This document shows positions 36,900 through 47,200 of a stretch of 57,336 nt of DNA, in pieces. The notes under the pieces are model-generated. The model saw only the letters and a program-made list of their open reading frames with translations, was not told where the DNA came from and searched no databases. The translations under genes and the position numbers were made by a program. Source of the stretch: Anthoceros angustus (lineage: Eukaryota > Plantae > Anthocerotophyta); NCBI GenBank assembly GCA_010909165.1, contig VJWM01000334.1:1-57336 (forward strand), given 5' to 3'. Position 1 is the first letter of the stretch, and each line of letters begins with the position of its first letter.

Positions 36900-38600
36900 T
36901 ATTAAGCGGTTTGGTGCCATGTTAAAATTTAAGGAGTTCACACTTATGCAGCTATGAAACATCTATGTGATATGTCACCAGGGAAGAAGAGGTTCCAATA
37001 TGTGGAAGCATGTATGAAGCTTCTTGTCCAATCGAGTGCTTGCCACGGATCACAATACCATGTCGGACAAAGGAAGAGATGAACTTCATTGAGGCGGTCC
37101 GGTTACTTAAGGATGGGCTCTTTGGTTGCAAAAGCGAAGGTGTCTGAGATGACCATGGCATGGAGTACAATCATGCAAAGTCTTTGGGATTGATTGAGGA
37201 TGATGAAGGGCCTTGAGGCAGATGTCTACAAGCGGAACAAAGTGAACAATCGCACACACATTTTATGCATTGCCAAGCGGGGAGGGAAAGGTTTGGGACA
37301 ATGTGGACTCGATTTTTGTGGAGGCTGGAGAACTACAGGAGCGGAAGAAGCATTTACGGCGGGATAAGCAAGAAAGGAAAGGAAGCAAAGGTGGGCGCGG
37401 CGGAAGCAAGTGGACCTTGTATCGTAAAGCCGAAGGACATGTTGGCAAAGCCATGGAAATCCTTCAAGGGATACCGGTGGAGAGTGTGGGCAAATTCAGT
37501 GACGGCTACGGAAAAGTTTTAAGCTGGGTGATTGATTTGAAGGGCATGGATGAGGAGATCACGTTGCGGAAGAAGTTCCATGTCATACAAGTTGCGATGG
37601 TCAAACATCTGGGGTGCTCTTCATTCGAGGAGGTGAGGGAAGAATATCCGTTGCATTCGACAGACGGATCTTGTCCGCTTTCAAGCGCTTTTCTTTGGAA
37701 AGGTGAGTTTCCCATGTGTGAGGTCTCGAGGCGCGGCGGCCCGCGCCCTCTCTGTTTTTTCGGTTTGGCCTAACAATCCTGTGTTTGGCAGCAACTGAAG
37801 GATATTGAGGTCCTGTCCAAACTTCCAGATGTCTTCCAACATTTCATTTTTGAAGTTAATAATTGGAAAGGAGGGAGGACGAGCGGCGTGCTTTGTGGAC
37901 AAGGACCTTGAGGAAGGATTAGAGGTCTTCAATGTTCCATCCTCGGAAAAACAAGTACAATACCAAGTGGAAGCGAGATGTGTTAGACATGCGATTTACG
38001 AGGAGAGTACACACTTCTTGTGATTGGACGTTCAAGGGGTTTCAAATCGGGCCTATGGACAAGCGAATGGACAAGCGAGATGATGGATCTTTTGCGAGCT
38101 TTGCGAGAAAACAACTCGATGAGTTGAGAATGATTGTGATGCATGGTGTGGAGGCTCACCGTGAGTCGATCGGAAGTGGAGCAAGAAAGGGGTTGGTCTC
38201 ATTTGTATGGGACAAGGCGAACATGAACAATGGCGGTGGGTTTTGGAAGTGGAATATGTCACGGTGGGTTGGGGTGAAAGATGCGTGCAGGGGATAGGGT
38301 TCCAATCTTGCCAAATGCCATGCAGTACTTTCAACAATGGGAGTCTAATCGCTCATGATACGGTTGTGAGAAAGCAGTGTACATGTCACAAGACAAGGCC
38401 TGGTATGCCCATACCGAGGCCTCACAGGGCTTATGATGAAACTTATCAAAACCTTCTCCAAAGAGGAGTTTGGGTTTTGGACGCTTGCTCAGGAGTGGGA
38501 CAACGTTATTGGCGGCCCCTATTGTGTGGGCCAATTGTATTGCTATTGAGGCGACTTGAGGTGTGCGGGATATATTCCACATCGGATCAATGGGTATGAG
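36900..38600 (+). pseudogene. ParB-like plus beta-class DNA amino-methyltransferase gene, copy 2 (5'-truncated, frameshifted)
   Basis: GVHTYAA (36933), RVLATDHNTMSDK, EYTLLVI-DV(P)RGF (about 38005-38045), FVWDK...EYVTVGW (38202-38272), and GLMMKLIKTFSKE-GVWVLDACSGVG-TTLLAA...ANCIAIE (38427-38550). Confidence 0.8.
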
Positions 38601-39410
38601 GTGCTACGAGATCTTGTGAAATTGACATTGAGGCCCACCGCAGGACTTGCGCATGCAGGCCAAGGAGGTGTGTATCGTGAGAAGGACTCTCTGGCCAGTG
38701 GTTTCTTTGAATGCTCGACGGCTAAAGACCAAAAGCGGAGCCCTTTTGGCGGAGGTTATGAAACCCTTGATAATGTTTGGCCTTCAGACTCACGGCAGCG
38801 GCGGGGCCGCGAAGACTCAAGGGCCTTGGGGAGAACGATAGCTTCGATGAGCAGGAAGTGGGCGGATGCTAGCCATCGTGATGGATTCGAGTTGGCTCTA
38901 GCACACGAGTCCCAAGTTAGCCCTATAAGTAGGTTTTTTTTAATTTGGTATTTTGAAAATAAATCAAAACAACCCGGGAGAAATCTTCACCAAGGGTTGA
39001 TTCCCTATGTTACACATCGTATCATCCCAACGGAAAAGCCTTTACTCTTCCAGGGTCATCGATGCGTGCCTAGATACCATCGCGGAGTTATGTGGGACTT
39101 GGGAAGAACTCCCTCACCCACTAAAACTCCCCACCTTTACCACTATAGAGTAGGTGAATGGTTTGGTAAGCACATAGATGTGCTTCTTCTCTTTGTTCGT
39201 AAAGACTTTTGGAACGATTGCAGTTAGCCAAGTGATGTTATCATTTTCTCTTGTTGGCGTAAGGAAAAGCGCCCGGCGGCACTGCTTTCCTAATTCTTGT
39301 TCCGTTGTTGAAGCGGGTTTTCCGTCAACCCTTCTTGGACAAGGGTCGCCCTATTTTCAAACCATGCTAAAATGCTTGTTTTGGGACTGTGTGGAGTGTG
39401 CTAAGAGGGT

Positions 39411-40990
39411 TTACATGTCAGAGAAGGGGGTTCGGATATTCACCCCCTTCGAAAGATATCGTGTTCTAAGCACTTGGTGCAAGAAGGCCTGGCTAGTGCT
39501 CCTGCTGGTTTTGTCTGGCAAGGCCACCGGTTCCAACCATTTGCTAAAGTGCTCGACCATCACCATAATGTAAACGTTGCCTCTTTGTGTACGTGGGAGC
39601 TCCCCTGCCAAGTCACACGACCATCTATAGAAAAGTCCTGGATGAGCAGCAGGTGCAAGCTGGCTTTGATGTACCATGGGCGGAGGGGTGGCCTTACTTG
39701 ATCACACCTTGCAGACTCTGAAGTCCACGACTGCAGTACATCCCCTGCCAGTGAGAATGAGGGGTTAGCAGGCTGTAGGTCCGTTTCACTCCAAAGTGCC
39801 CTAGCTCCTCATGCATCCGTCGAATCAAGGGAATTCGTTCAGCTGGTGCAGGCACAATCCTCTCCGAGTCTGCGAGTATCCGCACAAGATGATCAGTCCT
39901 CCAGGCATATCGCTTAGCCCTCTTAGCCACCCTATCCTTGGTAGCCGCAGTGGCACCAGCTATGTGGGCTCCTGTCTGCAAGAAGTGCAATGTGGGTGAA
40001 TCAAGCCAAATGTCCACTGAAGCATCCATATCCACCCGGTCAGAGCTGTGAGCAAGCAAGGAGACATAAGCAGCTGTGGTGCCCCAACTAGTGTCCTCAT
40101 CAAAGTCCTGTCTAGCTCACATCTGCATAGATTCCAGGGGTGCGGGACAAATGTCGCGATACGGTGAGGAGGGCGGTCGCAGACTCAAACTCGTACTCTG
40201 CGTAGCTGCCAGTACCATCTTGCGGTGGAGTCGATCATTTGTCATTAGCCACTTAAGTGGCTGATGGTCATTCACCAGCGTGAATTTCCTTCCATAGAGG
40301 TATGGTTGAAAATGGGCCACGGCCCAAGTTACGGCTAGGCACTCCCCATCGTAACTGGAATAGTTTGCCTCAGCCCTATTGTTACTCCGTGATGCGTATG
40401 CTACCACGTACTCTTCACCATCGTCATCATGTTGGGCCAACACTGCGCCTATCCCAAGGCAACTCCAATCTGTGTGCAGTATGAATGGCTTGGAAAAATC
40501 AGGCCTCCTCAGAATTGGCTGCTCTTGGAGCTTGCGCTTAAGGGTCTCAAAGGCCTCTTGACATGCAGCATCCCAATTCCAAGGGACTTCCTTTTTCAGC
40601 AACCTATTCAATGGATGAGCGATCCTGCTGAATTCATACACGTAAACCCGATAGTAATTGGCTAGCCCTAGGAAAAGCATGAAAGTCTTTGAGATCGATG
40701 GGTTCCTTGAGCGCGAATCGACTCCACCTTGGCTCTATGAGCCATGATACCACACAATGTCGATGCCCCAAGTACTGATCCATTCCAAACTCACATTTGC
40801 TAGGGTGACACCGAAGGTTAGTGTGGCGCGACTTTGTGAAGGCGCCGGTAGCGCGCGCGATCCGTGTCGTTGTAATGGGGATTCGTTCCACGAGGAATGG
40901 ACTCGTGCTTGTGCACTTTGAGTTCTACAACCTATCGCACTTTGAGCGGACTTCATCATGTTGGGTGCAGGCTCCACAACCCTAAGTGCG
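39411..40990 (-). pseudogene. Gypsy element G pol: RT C-terminus, RNase H and integrase N-terminus
   Basis: NLRCHPSKCEFG; FLGLANYYR; FILHTDWSCLGIGAVLAQ...AYASR...DHQPLKWL; MHEELGHFGVKRT; WSCDLAGELP...MVEHFSKW. Confidence 0.9.
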
Positions 40991-41261
40991 TGCCCCTCAC
41001 AACTCGTCGGACCCGGGCCAGCGCTTGCCGGACCTTCCACAAACCACAGGTTCCTCCCACTGCCAAGCACGGTTTAGCGGCGCATTCCTCCGTCGATCGT
41101 GCTCTGGCGCCCAGGCGCTCCTCATTCTGTGCCACAACTCCACCTCAACACACTCGCCGCAACGCGACCCTTCCCCCTTATCCATTCCCAGCTAGTAGTC
41201 ACAACACCCACACGCCGATGTATTCACACCAGGCCGCTTTTGCCCGTTCCGGCTGCTTCAC

Positions 41262-44200
41262 TATTGAAGATAGAGTGTTTAGTTATTACTTATAGTTATT
41301 ATATCTAGCTATCTAGTGTATGTGTGTATATAGCTTTAATTTATTTAGCTTACCCTTTCATTAGGGTTACGTCCGTAGGCCAAAGGTCATGTCTCTTGGC
41401 TACTAGAATAAGTCTAGTTGCTACAATCAATTTACTAATGCTTTCTTGTATTTCTACAATAATGTAATTGATAAATACTCAATTGGTTTGCACCATTTCC
41501 ATATTTCGTAATGGTATCGAGCAATGCTAGGTGCAGATTGCATTCACAAGAATGCACATTAAATTGTGCACATGTTGATGTGCATAAAATGTTCTTTGTG
41601 TTTGTTTCTTGATTAGAAATTAGTTTCTAATAAGAAATCAAGAAAATGTTTGAGAAACCTTTTGTAGCTATTTTTGCTTGATTTGTTAATAGAAATTTTG
41701 CATTTCTAGAGCCCGTTCTAGCGCATCTCGCCATTGTTGCAAAGCAATCGTCATCACCTTAGAACGCCAATGGCAAATATCTTTATAAAATCATATAAAA
41801 ATTACAATATGTTTCTTGGAATTTTCCAAAACACAAGAATTCGCCAAATGAATGGCCGATCCTCGGGAGCGGATGCGGCTGGATGGCGCATCGCCAAATA
41901 CAACATGGTGCGCAAGAGAACGCGTGAGAAGAACTCTGCGATCTTCACCATCGGCCTCGAGGACTCCACAATCTCCCAAATGTGCAACCCCATTGTTGGT
42001 AGCGGCAATCCTCGGGGTTTCCTAACCAGCGTAGCACCACATACACATCACACATTTAAGTTCTAGACTAGAATCACATGACATGTAGGAGACGTTTTGA
42101 AAACATAAGTCGAAAGCTTTGCTGCTTTCGAGGACTTACAATCGTTCTTTGGATCAGTTAGTCACTTGGATTTCAAATTGCTTGCTTTGTTGAGGCTGCT
42201 CTTCTTGCTAACCACAATCGGAGGGACACATGTAAGCATGCTACAAAAACTAACAAGCATCACAAATTTGAGAATCCAAACTCGTGTCCATCTGCATGAC
42301 CTATTCCTTTAATCATGGGAGATTAGGAAACACAACATAAGGGAAAAGGTAGATAGGAGTTGGTCAATTTGCACGGGTGACCAGCGTCAACCCATCTTAC
42401 CTCAGAAAAGCATTTTGCACCTGATATGCGTGTAGCATCATAACTCTTCTGAATCCTCACACTGTTAGCCGCACAGTCACATAGTGCATTAGAAATTCAT
42501 CCATAAAATCCTCACATGAGGGGACTAACAGTCCTAAACATGGGTGACTCTAATTTAGCGGGAGGATTCAAAGAGAAGGATAGATTGAGGCGATTATGAC
42601 ATCTGGGTACTTAGAATGCGTGGTGCCCTTCAAAACAAGCGATTGTGGCCTGGGTTCATGGGACGTCAAAGTCTCCTAATCGTGGCACCCCTCATGATCG
42701 AAGGCACTTGATGCTTGGACACAAGGGCCGCACAGTTCCTCCTACGGAGTGGTCATCGTGACATGTTGAGACAGACCTCAGTTGCAAAACCTCACCGATA
42801 TTTGGGCCGGCTCCAAAGTCTATTCTTTGGGCCGATGACACAAGTCAAATGGCCGCAACTATACAAAACTTGAAGATGAAAGAAGGAGAATCCATTGAAA
42901 AACACGACTACCTTCGGATCCCTAAGTCTCCAAGTTTGAAAGTCTGCCGCAGGATAGTGTGAAGGACCGAGCTCTCATTCTTCATTTCATGATGTCACTC
43001 CACGAATCTTGGGCACATTTCGTGACCTCATTCAACACCTCGCAACTACAAGGCGGAAGATTGCCCAGTGCGGTGTTGATCTCCCAAAACAACATTTGCG
43101 GAATTAGTGGGAGCTCTTCTTCGTGAAGAAGTCACAAGAGGACAATTCAAAGCGTCTGGTAAACAAGCTTTGTACACTAACAACAAAGGAAAGGGCAAGA
43201 AGCCCAACTTGGTAGACAAAATACCTCGGTGCTAGTAGCTCTGAGAGTCTCTACACCAAAGAAGCCCAAGAAGGCTGGAAAGTGCCTGCCAAATTCCGTG
43301 CCATTGGGAGTCCGAGTGTCGAAGAAGCGTCGAGTACCTGCAAGGAGGGCAACTCCACTTCTCGGACACATGTTGTGGTGACTAAACAAGGCTCGTGCGG
43401 CCCTCACGTAGGGACCAGGAGTTTTCCTACCCTCTTGCTAACCCACATGCTTGTCAAATACTCAAGGCAAACCCATACAGAGTGGTTCCTTGATACAGTG
43501 CAACAAGCACATCTGCTTTTGAAGTTCATTAAATCTCTGGTTAGTTCACAAGCATTTGTTTACCTAGGTGACGATAGTAGGCTTGCGTGCCACAGTGTTG
43601 GCACCGTCAAGCTACATCCTTCGAGCATCACACTCTTGCTAACCCCATGCTTGTGCAAATACTCAAGGCAAACCCATACGAGTGGTTCCTTGATACAGTG
43701 CAAGCTTTGTCTGTGACAGTTCATTAAATCACATCTGAGTTAGTTCACATTTGTTTACCTAGGTCGATAGTAGGCTTGCGTGCCACGGTGTTGGCACCGT
43801 CAAGCTACATCCCTTCGTGCATCACACTCTTGCTTACAGATGTGTATCATGTGCACGAAATGACAAGAAACTTGATTTATTAGAAGGTTGAACATGGATA
43901 ATCAAAGTCACATCCTCTTCACTCGGCGAATGTAGGATTATAGATGCTTTTGATCATCGCAAAATCCTAGCCTATGGATCATCGACCATGATCTCTTTAG
44001 GCGCACACTCACACCGGTCATGCCAAGGCTAGCCTAGCTTCAAAAGGTCGAGGCAGGCAAAGCAAGAAGAACAAGCTAGGTTATGGCATGCACGCTTAGG
44101 TCACCCTCACGGCGCAAAGTTGCAAAAACTAGTACTAGTGACACATGATGGTAAAATTGGCGGTTGCCATCCTTACCTCTCTGTGAAGCCTGCTGTCCAA

Positions 44201-47200
44201 AGCGTCATCAAGCAGCCTTCAAGAACAAGACTCCTCACGAGCTTCGGTGCTTGAACTTGCAACTTGACATATGGGCCACTCTCGCACCCCTCAATCGGTG
44301 GTGGCGATACTTCCTTACATTCACGACAAGGCGAGATTTGTCATGGCTTACATCTTGAAAGCTAAAAGTGAATGCTTCTCTCTTCAAAGACTACATGAAA
44401 CTTGCGAGAGATGGACGGAAAATCGAAAGTCCTACGTTCGAGACAATGGTGGAGAATTCACATCTAATGAATTCCGACCTCACAGGACGAAGGATAGGCG
44501 GACAACTTACAGTTGTGTATACGCCCCGAATGGCGTTGCCGGCGCTTGAACTTGACCTGCAGGAGATGGTCTCCTCTATGCTTCACCAAGCCTCTTTGCC
44601 ACTATCCTCGGTGAAGCCCTTGACGTATGTATTCGTAACAAGCCTGGCCGTGATTGGACAGACCCCTTTGAAGCTTTCTATGGCGCAAGCTATCCAACAT
44701 CTTCGCACTTTCGGATGCATCGCTTTTGCTTTCATCCCTAAGGCCAAGCGAACCAAGTTAGTTGCTAAGGCCAAGAAGTACCTCATGATAGGATACAAGG
44801 TATAAAAGCTTATAAGTATGGCGTACCTCGAACAAGGTGGTCTATGCACGTGTGACCTTTGATGAAGGTCGAACTTGGCCAAGTGGGAGCTACTCCCACA
44901 CGGAGGACTTTGATCTTTCCTTGCACCTGTTTCGATGATTACGCTCTTGCGGAGATTGCTCTGCAGAGGGAAGAACAACAAGAAATGATGCTCGAGCAAG
45001 GAGATGAACCAGAAAATTTTCAACATTTGCGGCCTCCTCGATTCAACTGAACCGGTGACCTTTTACGATCCACGGACCCGATCCGACATTGACGAGGATG
45101 AGGTCAAGATGCTCATCTTCTTGGACGATGCGAGGTTGAACACGAGATTCAACCCTTGCGGCTCCACCACAACACGGCGCGTTATCCGCAAGAGATAGCC
45201 GGCATTATCGATCCGGGACTTTAGAAAACCAGCTAATATGCCACTGGATCCTATCGAACCTCAATCCTCGAAGAAGCTCTTAGCCGTCACGATCTTGCAG
45301 AGTGGAAAAGGCAATTCAATTAGAATATGATTCGATCAAAATGGAACATGGGAACTAGCTAAGTTACCTCACGGCGTAAGGTGGTGTCTTGCAAGTGGGT
45401 CTTCAAAGCGAAGGTAAAGGCGATGGAAGTTTTGATAGGTACAAAGCACGACTTGTAGCTCGTGGCTTTTGTGCTGGTCTCGATTACTTGAAACATATGC
45501 TCTGTGATGAAGCTGGCCACCTTTCGCACAATCATGCCTGGCAAGACATCAAGACTACGAGTTAGACATGTTTGATGTAAAGACCGCATTTTACATGGCA
45601 AGTTGGACACCGAAATCTACATCGCAGCCCTCGGGATACAGTAAAAGGCAAGGAAGATCATGTCTTGCGCCTAATAAAACCCTCTATGGCACAAGCAATC
45701 AGCATTAGAGTGGAATCTGTCTGGATGAAGAAGCTGCGTGCACTTGGATTCGTGAAATGTGTTTGAGGCCTGTATGTTTACAGATCGTGACGTTGTGTGC
45801 TATCTCGCAGTGTATGTTGATGATTTGATTCTATCCGCAATAGCCCCACATTCATCACCAAAGTTAACAAGCTGCTATCTACCAAGTTTTGAAATGACTA
45901 ACCTTGGAGCACTTGAGCTGCACAGGAATCCTTATTCGAGAGGGATAGAAAAAAGATCTATATCTCTCACTGACCTCGATACATTAGAATGTCTTTGAGC
46001 GACTTGGCTTGAAGGATGCAAATCCATGGCGACTCACCGCCATCCTGTGAAATTTAGCAAGTCCATGTGTCCGAAACCAAAAGGACATAGAAGACATGAG
46101 GTCGGTCCCTACAGAAGGGAGTTGGCAAACTTATCTATCGCCAACACTACGACTGATGTAGCCTACACCACAAGTGTGCTCTCGCAATACCTCGAGAACC
46201 ACGGTCAAACGCCTGTGTTAAGAGGGTGGTTAGGTATCTGAAGGAACATCCAACATTGGGATTCGATTCGAGACACATACAGCACACCACTTGAGGTTGG
46301 AGTATATCTTGACTCGATTATCTTTGGTGACATAGATACACGGAGGTCGGTGTCTGCGTTGTCATGGTGGCGGAGGGCCCATATGAGTTAGAAATAATAG
46401 CGGACCCGTTGGTTACGTACCAATATGGTTAGTCGACTAGACAGCGGTTAGTATAGGTAGTTAGCTAGGCTAGCGAAGGACACACCCTTACGAGACCACC
46501 TATAAAAGCCCACCTATGAACACACTTGATTCATTGTTAATATAGCATCTTTGCTTAAGGCGCTTCGCATGCAATTCTAACTTGGTATCGAGCCACGGGC
46601 TCTTACCATGGTCTCTAGATCCAATGGCTAGATTACGAATGTGTCACTATCTAGGTGAGCAATGGACGTGTGAAGCTCGTGCTCGCTCATGGATAGAAGC
46701 ATTAGATTCGTTCTTGATAGCAGTTGGAATGACAAGACCACCATTGGAAATTACGACAATGTCTTTGTAAAGCTTTCATCTAGCTATGTAGTGGCTCACC
46801 CATGTCTTACACTAAATCTAGACTCTCTATTCTTATAGGATTAGATTTAGTGTCCTACAATTTTTCCTTTAGAAGAAATGAAAAAATGAAAAGCATGTTT
46901 CTATTTTTATCATATTTATCTCTTTTTTAAAAGAGGAGATTTGATAAGTGCTCTACATAGGTTTATAAGCATGGCTTTGTGTTTTGAGGGAAGGCATTCA
47001 GCCTTGCTCCTTCATACACATTGCTCTTCTAAGCTTTACTCCTCCTCCAATTCAAGCCTTCTACACACCAACATGGCGAAATCGGTGCAGCGCTCATTCT
47101 CGGCGCTTTGGTGACGATGTGGAGGCGTGCTCAAGCGATCAATTCAACGAAGGAATTCCAGTTCGGATGGCGAATGCACCTCGCTACTATCAATCCTTGG

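Noticed and set aside
36897-36901. CACTA pentamer at the left junction of the MTase cassette
   Set aside because: No matching TAGTG at the right end, no subterminal repeats and no 3-bp TSD; probably coincidental.
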